DNA of 64,000 nucleotides from the NCBI GenBank assembly GCA_965204725.1, contig OZ242005.1:2368001-2432000 (forward strand), read 5' to 3'. This stretch comes from Candidatus Latescibacterota bacterium. Its GTDB lineage: Bacteria > Latescibacterota > UBA2968 > UBA8231. The notes below the pieces were generated by a model. The model searched no databases. It was given only the letters and a program-made list of their open reading frames with translations, and was not told where the DNA came from. A program made the position numbers and the translations under genes. Shown piece after piece: positions 1-8,732 of this stretch; the stretch's first letter is position 1; each line of letters begins with the position of its first letter.

Positions 1-2498
1 TGGGCAAAAGTAAAGCGCACATCGCCTTTTTCCCGGACATAGACGAGAAAATAGGGATGCAGCGGGTTTATCTGCTCATTTTCCGCTGAATCGCCTTTCT
101 GCCGGAGACAAAAAACAACGCCGGCAGTAATCATTGGATAATCCGCGTGCGGTGGAATAACAGCATACAGCCCCAAGGGCGCGTCTTCAAGGATTTGCCG
201 ATTGCTCTCAATGTACTTCGTCAGTTCGACGCGGAAATCGTCGAGAGTAAATTCATTGAGCGCAATGCTCTCGCTGAAATCCTCAAGGTCCAATAGTTCG
301 TCCTTCAACCGCAGCAATTGCTTGTCGCGGTAGGTAAGGTCCTTTGCGACCAGTTCCCGAATCTCTTCAGGCTCTAATAGATTGTCTCCCTGCGTGGCGG
401 TTATATCAACCAACGCCATGCGCGCCTCAACGCGATTTCTCAGGTTGATATAGCGGTTGAGGTCGGGCGTGGGCCAGAAGTTGACGAGTTGAACTCGGTG
501 ATTGATGCTACCGATGCGATCAATCCGCCCAAACCGTTGAATGATGCGCACTGGATTCCAGTGAATGTCGTAGTTAATCAAATAATCGCAATCTTGCAGA
601 TTTTGCCCTTCGGATATGCAGTCGGTGCCGATTAGCAAGTCAATCGCCCCCTCCTGCGGCATGGATTGCATCTGGGCGCGTTGCTTGGCAACCGGCGAAA
701 AGTTCGTCAGAATGTGACCGAAGTCGCGCTGGCCAAACGTCGTTTGATTCCCGGACGCGCCGCCCGATACCACGGCGAGGTGAATCCCCAAGTCTTGGGT
801 GGCCCATAGACGCAGCGCGTCGTACAGATAGGCGGCAGTGTCGGCAAAATGGGTGAAGACCAATACCTTGCGATTCGGCTGGCCGCGCTGGTCCATGGTC
901 GGATGTTTGACCTTTTCGGCAATGAGTTCCTTCAGTTTGGCGAGCTTGGCGTCGCGCTCGGGGGTGATGTCTTTGGCAAAAAGATACGGCAGTTCGAGTT
1001 GCTCGCGGTCGCGTTGCAAATCCGCCAGCCATTTCTCGCAATCGAGATGCGCCATGTTAAAGACCAGCTTTTTCCCCACCTGCATCGCTTCCTGCAACTC
1101 TTCATCCCCGAAATCTTCAACTGCGCCATCTTCCAAAACCAAATCAGGGTTGTCAGCGCGGAACGCCTGAAACCGCCGGATTCGTTCTTTGAGGGCCTCA
1201 ATTTTTTCAATGGTCCGCTCCATCGTAATGGCAAAGGAATGAACCGAACTTTCCAACCGCTTGAGGAAGTTCACCTTCATCATGCCGATTAGGTAGTGTT
1301 CCCGGTCGCTTTGCCTAAAGTTTTTAATCGGCTGCCCGTCGTATTCTGCACGGTATTGGGGGAGGACGTATCTCGAAGGATTGAACAGGGAAAGCTGGTA
1401 CTTGGAGATTTCGTCGTTCAACTCGTCGTACGACATAAACCGCTTCGACGGGTCCTCTTGCAGCGCGTCAATATCCGCATAGACCGCCTGCGGCTGACCG
1501 CGCTCGGGGAATCCACCCAGTTCCGCCAGCGAGTCCGGGTAGTATTGCTCAATGTGCTTGCGGGAACGGGCAATGGTCAACTCGTCGAGCAGCTTAAAAA
1601 AAGTGGAACTGAGCCGTTCCAAGAGATCGCGGGTGTGGCGAGCACCGGGCCGCTTGGCCCAGTCCGTAAAGGTGCGTTGGGCGGCTGCTAATGTCTCTTG
1701 CAGGCTGGCCACGCCGAGCGATTCGCGGAAAGAGTCATCTCGGCCTTCGGTCAAAAAATAGAGCTGGTTGCGTAGATCTTTCAGGTCGTTGTTCACCGGC
1801 GTAGCGGAAAGCAACAAGACCTTGGTCTTAACGCCGCGCTGAACAATATCCTCCATCAAACGCTGATAGCGGCTCTTGCGAATCAGCTTGCCGTCCTCGT
1901 CCCGCTTACCGGGGGTGTTGTTGCGGAAGTTGTGCGATTCGTCAATAACCACCAAATCGAAATTGTCCCAGTGGATGGTCGCCAGATCGAGATCGCCCGA
2001 CCGGCCGCGGTCGCGGCTCAGATCGGTGTGGGCTAGCACCGTGTAGCTAAAGCGATCTTTGAGAAACGGATTGAGCGCACTGTTGTTCTGCGCTTGATAC
2101 ATCGTCCAGTTGTCGCGCAGCTTCTTGGGACACAAGACGAGAACTCGGGCATTGAGCAATTGAAAGTATTTGATCACCGCGAGGGCCTCAAAGGTCTTGC
2201 CCAAGCCCACGCTATCGGCGATGATGCAGCCATTGTGTTGCCGTATTTTGTTGATCGCGTTCTTCGCGCCATCCCGCTGAAATTCAAACAGGGCCTTCCA
2301 TATCTCCGTATCGACGAGTTGCTGAGGCCCAGTGAGCAGGCCGCTGGCTTCCTGCTCCGCCAAAAACCGCTCAAAGAGGTGAAACAGGGTTTTGTAGTAG
2401 ATAAATTCCGGCGCGTGATTCTGAATGTTGTTGCCCGCCGGACTCAGGCCCAAGCCGCGCACCGTAAAATTGGAACTGCCCAAAATAGCCTCTTCCAC
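1..2498 (-). pseudogene. SNF2/DEAD-box helicase of the PLD-helicase (RM/defence-associated) type; N-terminally truncated, runs off the window
   Basis: Absent from the ORF track because it has no stop in the window. Manual minus-strand translation from GTG 2498 gives EAILGSSNFTVRGLG (PLD tail), ADSVGLGKT, VIDESHNFRN, LSATPVNN, TDCISEGQNLQD, YDIHWNPVRIIQRFGRIDR. No PLD HxK motif; in-frame TAG at 2514-2516 just upstream. Confidence 0.8.
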
Positions 2499-2513
2499 GC
2501 CGTTGCGGGCGGG

Positions 2514-3044
2514 CTAGTCTCCGGCATGGTGCAGGGCCTTTTGATACAGGCCGACGCTGTAAAATTCATAGGCCGCCGCCTTGTCCGGGAAATCAACCAC
2601 GTGTACCGTGAAGCGGGCCGGCACCCCGGCGTCGGGCATACAGTCGCGGAAAAAATGGCTGTACGCTTGGGCGTACTCTTGGTAGAGCCGCTGTTGCTCC
2701 TCGTGAAAGCACTGCGGATCGGTCAGGGGGTTCACGTCCTTGGGCTGCGCGCCAAAGGCGTGTACTTCGATGAAATCTATCTGGGCAATGGAGTCGCAAA
2801 TCTCGGCTTCCCGCAGCCACTGCTCCCAACAGCGGAAGACCAATTCGACCTCGACAGCCGGCGTCATCCGCACCAACTCGTCGCGCCCGAGGATCCCCTG
2901 CGCCGAATGCCCGCCGGTCAAGCCCGCGAAGTAAATCTTCAGGTCGCCGTTGTCCAGCACCTCGGTCACCAAGGCCGATAAGGTAGGGTGATCCCCATGG
3001 TAGTAATAGGTCAATCGGCCGCGTTGCTTGATGTTAAACGCCAT
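2514..3044 (-). CDS. hypothetical protein (176 aa, MAFNIKQRGR...)
   Basis: ATG at 3044 with AAAGGAA RBS, directly downstream of the oxidoreductase; protein-like composition; no family recognised. Confidence 0.7.
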   Translation of the reverse strand: MAFNIKQRGRLTYYYHGDHPTLSALVTEVLDNGDLKIYFAGLTGGHSAQGILGRDELVRMTPAVEVELVFRCWEQWLREAEICDSIAQIDFIEVHAFGAQPKDVNPLTDPQCFHEEQQRLYQEYAQAYSHFFRDCMPDAGVPARFTVHVVDFPDKAAAYEFYSVGLYQKALHHAGD

Positions 3045-3064
3045 CGTATTCCTTTCATTTTGCG

Positions 3065-5929
3065 TTAGAGTGCTTCGACGAAAATCTCGGCCCAATGCCG
3101 CGCTTGACGCCCGGTAAAATCGGCGATCTGGTGGCGGCACGAAGTACCGACCGCCGCGATCTCCACCTCCTCGGCTGCATCCTCCAGCACGGCAAAGAGC
3201 CGCTCCTGCCCCACGGCGCGCGATATTTCAAAGTGTTCCTTTTCGTAGCCAAAGCTACCGGCCATGCCACAGCAACCCGACGGGATTTCCTCGGCGCGAA
3301 AGCCGGGTGGCATGTTGAGCACGGCCAGGGTCGCGGCCGTTCCCGTCAGAGCCTTTTGATGGCAGTGCCCATGCACCAAAATATGGCGGGCTGTCTGGTT
3401 GAACTCCAAATCAAGCGGGGCCGCGCCCACGAGAAAATCTTCTAGCAGGACGATCTGCTCGGCCACGCGCCGACCTTGTGGATCGTCGACCAAGTCTAGG
3501 TAATCGTCGCTGAGGGCCGACGTGCAGCTCGGCTCCAGCCCGATGATCGGCACCCCTTGCTCGGCCCACGGCGCGAGCACCTCTATATTGCGCTGGGCCA
3601 AGGCGCGGGCGCGCTCGAGAAAGCCCTTGGATATGAGCGGTCGGCCACAACAGACTTTGCCCTCGGCCAAGACGACTTCGTACCCGGCGCGCTCCAAGAT
3701 GCGCGTCGCCGCCCGGCCAATGGCCGGCTCGTTGTACTCGACGAAGGTGTCGTTGAAGAGCACGACGCGGCCCTTGGTGCCGCGGACCGGCTGGCGGCCG
3801 GCAAACCAGCGCGAAAACGGCTGGCGAGCAAAGGCCGGTAGCCGCCGCCGGCGGTCGATGCCCAACAACGCATCCAACAGCCAGCGATTGAACCCACTAC
3901 GACCCAGCCAATTCGACAGGGGCGCCAACGCCGATCCCAAGCGGCTGATGCGGGCTATGTTGGCAAAGAGCCGCGACCGCAACGGATACCCGTGCTGGCG
4001 GTGGTAGTGGGCGAGAAACTCGTACTTGAGCTTGGCCATATCCACGCTCGACGGGCACTCGGCCTTGCAGGCTTTGCACTCCAAGCAGAGGTCCATCACG
4101 CGGTGGACGGCTTGGCTGTGCAGGCCATCGGGCAACGTGCCGGCGAGCGCGGCGCGCAGGGCATTGGCGCGGCCGCGAGTGGTGTGCTCCTCGTCCAAGG
4201 TCGCCATGTACGAAGGGCACATGGTGCCGACCAGCTTTTTGCGGCAGTGGCCCACCCCAGAGCACATTTCAACGGCCTCCTGAAAGCCGCCCGCCTCGCT
4301 AAAGCTGAAAAACGTCTCTAGCGGGGCCGTCGGATAGCCCTCGGGGTAGCGCAGGTGCTCGTCCATCCGCGGGGGGCGGGTGATCTTGCCGGGATTCATG
4401 ATCCCCTGTGGATCAAAGGCGTCCTTCACCTCGGCAAAAGCCGCGACCAACTCCGGGCTGAACATCTTGGCGATCCACTCGCTGCGGGCCAAGCCATCGC
4501 CGTGCTCGCCCGACACAGTGCCCCCGTATTCGCGCACCATGTCGCTCACGCGCTCCTCAATCTGGCGCAAAAGCCTTATGCCCTCGGGGTCTTTGAGGCT
4601 GAAGATCGGGCGGATGTGCAACAGGCCGACGCTCGCGTGCCCATAGTATTCGGCCTCAATCCCCAATTCCTCCATCAGCGCGACCACTCGGCGGACGTAG
4701 TCGGGCAGTTTAGCGACCGGGACGCAGGTATCCTCTACCCCGGGCTGGGGCTTGGGATCGCCCTTCATGCCCATCAAAAGCCCCAACCCGGCCTTGCGCA
4801 GCCCCCAGATGGCCTGCTGATCTCCGGCATCTACGGCCCGTGCAAACGCATAGCCCATCCGGCGCGCGCGCAATCGCTCCTCCAGTTCGTCCAGCTTGCG
4901 GTTTAGCTCGGCCTTGGAGTCTGCATAGTATTCAACGATGAGCAGGGCGGCCGGATCGCCGGTGAGTAAGCGGCGACTCGGGGCGTGTTCGAGCGAGCCT
5001 TGCGTCTGGTCGAGCAGAATTTTGTCAATCAGCTCGCTCGCCACGGGCGAGGTCTCCAACGCGGTCAGGTTGGCCTCCAGCGACTCGACCAAGTCGTGAA
5101 AGTGGACGGCCACCAAGCCCTTGTGAGCGGGTAGCTCGACCAAGTTTAACCGCGCTTCGACGACCGCACAGAGCGTGCCCTCCGAGCCGACGACCAGCTT
5201 GCTCAGGTCAAAGGGAGCATCGCCGACGAACTCGTCGAGATTGTAGCCTGAAACGCGGCGCATCACCGCGGGAAATCCCGTGCGAATCGGTGCTTGGCGC
5301 GCCCGGACGATGCGGCGCACTTCGCGGTAAATGCGGCCTTCGAGGCCGTCCAAGCGCACTCGGCGTTCACTCTCCGCGTCGTCCAGCGGCCCGAACACCG
5401 CTTGCGAGCCGTCGGCTAACACCACCTTTAGCTCCTGTACGTGGTCGATGGTCTTGCCGTATATGATGGAGTGCGCCCCACAGGAATTGTTGCCGATCAT
5501 GCCGCCGATATTGGCCCTACTGCTCGTGGATACATCGGGCGCGAACATCAGGCCGTAGGGCTGCAAAAAGGCATTGAGTTCATCGAGCACCAAGCCCGGC
5601 TGAACCCGAACCCAGCGCTCGTCCGGGTCGAACTCCAAGATCCGATTCATGTATTTGGAAAAATCGACATGGACCGCCGCGGCCACCGACTGGCCGGCCA
5701 AACTCGTGCCGCCGCCGCGGGGCAAGACGGCCGCTTGCTGCTCAGCGGCAATTTTTACGGTAGCAACGACATCGGCCTCGTCTTTGGGCACGACTAAGCC
5801 GAGGGGCTCCATCTCGTAGATGCTGGCGTCGGTGCGGTAGAGCATGCGCGAGACCGCGTCAAAGCGCACTTCGCCTTGGATGGCCTGTTGCAAGGCCATC
5901 GCCAATGTATCTCTATTCATTTTAGGCAT
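3065..5929 (-). CDS. FAD-linked oxidase with 4Fe-4S and CCG domains (YdiJ/GlcD-GlcF fusion type)
   Basis: PRGGGTSLAGQ FAD motif, GEHGDG, CSGVGHC...CPS, CLECKACKAECP, CCG motifs (VCCGRP, GCCGMAGSFG). Start 5929 or 5920. Confidence 0.92.
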   Translation of the reverse strand: MPKMNRDTLAMALQQAIQGEVRFDAVSRMLYRTDASIYEMEPLGLVVPKDEADVVATVKIAAEQQAAVLPRGGGTSLAGQSVAAAVHVDFSKYMNRILEFDPDERWVRVQPGLVLDELNAFLQPYGLMFAPDVSTSSRANIGGMIGNNSCGAHSIIYGKTIDHVQELKVVLADGSQAVFGPLDDAESERRVRLDGLEGRIYREVRRIVRARQAPIRTGFPAVMRRVSGYNLDEFVGDAPFDLSKLVVGSEGTLCAVVEARLNLVELPAHKGLVAVHFHDLVESLEANLTALETSPVASELIDKILLDQTQGSLEHAPSRRLLTGDPAALLIVEYYADSKAELNRKLDELEERLRARRMGYAFARAVDAGDQQAIWGLRKAGLGLLMGMKGDPKPQPGVEDTCVPVAKLPDYVRRVVALMEELGIEAEYYGHASVGLLHIRPIFSLKDPEGIRLLRQIEERVSDMVREYGGTVSGEHGDGLARSEWIAKMFSPELVAAFAEVKDAFDPQGIMNPGKITRPPRMDEHLRYPEGYPTAPLETFFSFSEAGGFQEAVEMCSGVGHCRKKLVGTMCPSYMATLDEEHTTRGRANALRAALAGTLPDGLHSQAVHRVMDLCLECKACKAECPSSVDMAKLKYEFLAHYHRQHGYPLRSRLFANIARISRLGSALAPLSNWLGRSGFNRWLLDALLGIDRRRRLPAFARQPFSRWFAGRQPVRGTKGRVVLFNDTFVEYNEPAIGRAATRILERAGYEVVLAEGKVCCGRPLISKGFLERARALAQRNIEVLAPWAEQGVPIIGLEPSCTSALSDDYLDLVDDPQGRRVAEQIVLLEDFLVGAAPLDLEFNQTARHILVHGHCHQKALTGTAATLAVLNMPPGFRAEEIPSGCCGMAGSFGYEKEHFEISRAVGQERLFAVLEDAAEEVEIAAVGTSCRHQIADFTGRQARHWAEIFVEAL

Positions 5930-6065
5930 TGATCGGTTGGGGACGCCTGCTCCACTCGGCAGCGGGCTTGGCAGGGACACCGCAATAGTAAGAAGGCGCT
6001 CTACGGGCCGTCAATTCTGCACGGGCCGCACTCTTCACCTTTTATAAAAAAATATCAATATGTAG

Positions 6066-6094
6066 TTGACAAACATTTTTGACCCCAATAGATT
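6066..6094 (+). promoter_or_regulatory. sigma70-type promoter upstream of zapA
   Basis: TTGACA (6066-6071), 17-nt spacer, TAGATT (6089-6094) in an AT-rich intergenic stretch. Confidence 0.7.
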
Positions 6095-6120
6095 GATTAC
6101 TCGCCACGTGGTTAGCGCGC

Positions 6121-6170
6121 AAAAAGGGACTTCCGGGACAAGGGGAGATCGCGGAAGTCCCTACTTTTTT
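6121..6170 (+). terminator. terminator-like hairpin in the zapA leader
   Basis: AGGGACTTCCG (6125-6135) / CGGAAGTCCCT (6152-6162) perfect 11-bp stem followed by ACTTTTTT. Confidence 0.6.
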
Positions 6171-6189
6171 CTTTATCCCCCAAAATCTC

Positions 6190-6519
6190 ATGTCGCAAGC
6201 CCAGCCAGTCGCTGTCCGCATCTACAATCAGACCTATCACCTCGTCAACAACGAGGGCCAAGACCCCGAGTACATCCGGCTCGCCGCAGCCTATCTCGAC
6301 GAGAAGATGCAGCAGATCGGCACTACGATTGGGCACCGCGGCCCGCTCGATGTTGCCATCTTAGCCGCGCTCAACATCGCCGAAGAAGTGCTCCGCGCTC
6401 GCCAGCACAAGGACGCGCTGATCAACCGAGCCGATGCCCGCATCGACTCCTTCACCCAGTTGCTGTCCGACAATCCCACCCCCACAGAAAGCCCCCCGGC
6501 CGAAACCAAGCGGTTCTGA
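6190..6519 (+). CDS. zapA: cell division protein ZapA
   Basis: VAVRIYNQTYHL...YIRLAAAYLDEKMQQI...VAILAALNIAEE is the ZapA signature; 109 aa. Confidence 0.92.
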   Translation: MSQAQPVAVRIYNQTYHLVNNEGQDPEYIRLAAAYLDEKMQQIGTTIGHRGPLDVAILAALNIAEEVLRARQHKDALINRADARIDSFTQLLSDNPTPTESPPAETKRF

Positions 6520-6578
6520 TTCGCCGCTGCCAGTCCGTCAGCCGTTTCGAGAAGGCTCCCAAAGAGACACGACTGAGG

Positions 6579-6755
6579 CGTCCTTCCCGCTTTCGCGGGA
6601 ATCCAGACTCTACGACCGCATTCGCCCGGACGGCTACCACGTCCTTCCCGCGAAAGAACGTCACCCCGTGCCCCAACACGGGGCGGGAATCCAGAAGCGC
6701 GACGGTTCGATGTCCGACGATTGGACCGTCATTCCCGCGCACGTGGGAATCCAGA
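6579..6755 (+). repeat. cluster of three REP/dRS3-like palindromes (GTC(A/C)TTCCCGC..GGGAATCCAG)
   Basis: Copies at 6579-6607, 6640-6695 (with a nested CCCCGTG..CACGGGG hairpin) and 6727-6755, between convergent genes. Confidence 0.85.
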
Positions 6756-6814
6756 CTTGAAGGATGTAGGACTGCTATATATCTCCCGCATGAACGGGGC
6801 GAATGCCTATCGGC

Positions 6815-8584
6815 TCAGAAAACGGACCAGTCCTCCATCAAGCAATAGCGCGAGACGTCGATCCGGCATTTGCGCGAGATCCCGGATCCGGTTGCCCACC
6901 TCAATCCGCTCGACATCCGGTTGCCCACCTCAATCCGCTCGACGTATTGCACGTCCGTGCCGTCGCGCCGAACTCGAAAGAGCGCGTAGCCGCTCCCCTG
7001 TGTACCGGAAAGTGAACCAATCAGCAGGTCATCTCTCCACAGCGGAAACAAGCACTCGTCATTGACGATGACGCTGGAGATGCCGATGGACGGAACCCAA
7101 GCGAAAACGGGCTTTGCAAAGCCATCGTGTAGCCCCACCGCTTCGGCGCGGGGCACATTAACCCGACTTCCATACCCGACGCCATAGGAGACCCGAGGCC
7201 AACCGTAATTGCCGCCTGCGACCAGCACGTTGAGTTCGTCGCCGCCTTGCGGTCCGTGATCGGTTCCCCACAAGCGACCGGCCGCATCCCGGGCGAGCCC
7301 CTGCGAATTGCGGAGGCCCAAGGCCAGCACCTCCGCCCGGCCGGTTTCGATTTCAACGCGGACGAGCTTACCCAAGTGCGAGGCCGGGTCTTGAGCGGCC
7401 TCATTTACCAGATGCGGTCCCGGTACGACCAACAAGTGGTCGGGGCCGTCCGTCAACATCCGGCCCCCCGCTTGGACGGACGCGGTTTTCAGGCACGGCT
7501 CCGCATCATATATCGTTCTCCATTTCGGCGACACCGAAACGTCTGCGCCTCGGTGCCGAAGCGTCGTCGTGGACAGCCGGAACCGCAGGCACGCGCTGGT
7601 GAAATGGTGATGCGCCACAAATAGTTCATACCGCCCGGCCGAACGCCGTTTCAACAAAATGTCGGTCACTTGGAACCGGTTCAAGAGGATATTGTCTTTG
7701 TCCGGGTGGGCGAGGAGTCCGGCCTTATTCATCGGCACGTTCCCTTTGAGCGGCACCACCTCCCCGGTGGTCGGGCGTATCAGATTGAACCGTCCCCACG
7801 GCGTTACGACGAGCAAGTCGTTGCCCAACGGCGCGATGGCACCGCCGCGCACGTAGCTATTGGGTATATGATCCCATCGGTCTCGGAGATAGACCGTCGC
7901 CGGTTGCAGATCATACAAGTGCGTCGTCAGCACCCCGGCGGCTTCGACGATGCCCAACTCCGCTGTCGCAGAGTACGACACGCCCTCTTTGTCGTAGTCA
8001 ACCTGAACCGACAGGCGCTTCCCTTGCATGGCCGGCTCCACGAAATACCGCCAAGACGGTTCATATTGACGCTTGGGCAATACCTTGCAATCAAGCCCGT
8101 CCGCGCTACAAATAAACCAATGCCACGGCGACCTGTTCGTAAATGGACGCTGGCTGCCCAAAGCAACGACTATGAATTGTCCCATCACCAGGGACGAGTA
8201 GATGCGAATCGCATCAGCCGGATCCGCTTGCAGCACGGGGGCTGTCATCGAAACCGGGGCCGACCACTCGGATTGTCCGTGGGCACTGACAGCGGCCACC
8301 CGCACCTCGTACTGCATCCCGCTCATTGCCCACATCTTGATGGTATAGGGCGAGGAGGTCGCCGTGTATTCGCGCCATGTAGGGACGAGTTCGTTTTTTG
8401 GTCTGACGGCGATCGTGTAACTCGTCGCGTCGGGGATTGCGTCCCAAGCGACGGTCAGTCGTTTGTTGGCAGCACCAACGGCGACTTCGGTGGGCGTACC
8501 GAGCATAGGTGATTCGATGCGACGCGCTTCCACCTTGTCGGGGATTCTTTTGACGTACATGCAGCCAGCGGGAGCCAACGCCAT
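6815..8584 (-). CDS. fibronectin type III + glucose/sorbosone dehydrogenase (PQQ beta-propeller) protein, C-terminus frameshifted
   Basis: FN3 (LTVAWDAIPDATSY...YEVRVAAVSAHGQSEWS) then GSDH motifs (GLRNSQGL, DHGPQGGDELN, NYGWP). Start uncertain; the longer ORF overlaps sulP. A 29-bp duplication alters the last codons. Confidence 0.8.
   Translation of the reverse strand: MALAPAGCMYVKRIPDKVEARRIESPMLGTPTEVAVGAANKRLTVAWDAIPDATSYTIAVRPKNELVPTWREYTATSSPYTIKMWAMSGMQYEVRVAAVSAHGQSEWSAPVSMTAPVLQADPADAIRIYSSLVMGQFIVVALGSQRPFTNRSPWHWFICSADGLDCKVLPKRQYEPSWRYFVEPAMQGKRLSVQVDYDKEGVSYSATAELGIVEAAGVLTTHLYDLQPATVYLRDRWDHIPNSYVRGGAIAPLGNDLLVVTPWGRFNLIRPTTGEVVPLKGNVPMNKAGLLAHPDKDNILLNRFQVTDILLKRRSAGRYELFVAHHHFTSACLRFRLSTTTLRHRGADVSVSPKWRTIYDAEPCLKTASVQAGGRMLTDGPDHLLVVPGPHLVNEAAQDPASHLGKLVRVEIETGRAEVLALGLRNSQGLARDAAGRLWGTDHGPQGGDELNVLVAGGNYGWPRVSYGVGYGSRVNVPRAEAVGLHDGFAKPVFAWVPSIGISSVIVNDECLFPLWRDDLLIGSLSGTQGSGYALFRVRRDGTDVQYVERIEVGNRMSSGLRWATGSGISRKCRIDVSRYCLMEDWSVF
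6886..6943. repeat. perfect 29-bp tandem duplication
   Basis: ATCCGGTTGCCCACCTCAATCCGCTCGAC at 6886-6914 and 6915-6943. Confidence 0.95.
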
Positions 8585-8732
8585 GAGCAAAAGAGCAAGC
8601 AGCGAGACACCGCAAGACTCAGAAAATCGGTCAAGAAGCGTGACGCCAGATCGCTCAAGGGCAGGGCGACCGCGAGGGGCGCGGTGGCGGCCAGTGCCAA
8701 TAGCCGCGACCGGAGTGGTGTAAATCAACTGG

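Noticed and set aside
2499-2516. Stop-codon readthrough fusing the hypothetical protein to the helicase
   Set aside because: The two frames coincide across a TAG, but TAG is a normal stop for many genes here and the junction is better explained by truncation.
640-2981. Track ORFs such as 2094-2981(+), 849-1292(+) and 640-1041(-)
   Set aside because: Antisense or alternate-frame shadows of the helicase and the hypothetical gene. The same applies to most short ORFs overlapping long genes in this GC-rich window (e.g. 50613-52049, 55757-56905).
6579-6755. CRISPR array
   Set aside because: Only three non-identical palindromic units, one interrupted; they match a REP-like family with a dispersed inverted copy; no cas genes.
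6520-6800. 6S RNA downstream of zapA
   Set aside because: Expected by synteny, but the region is occupied by REP-like repeats and no long 6S-like rod was recognisable; a covariance search would be needed.
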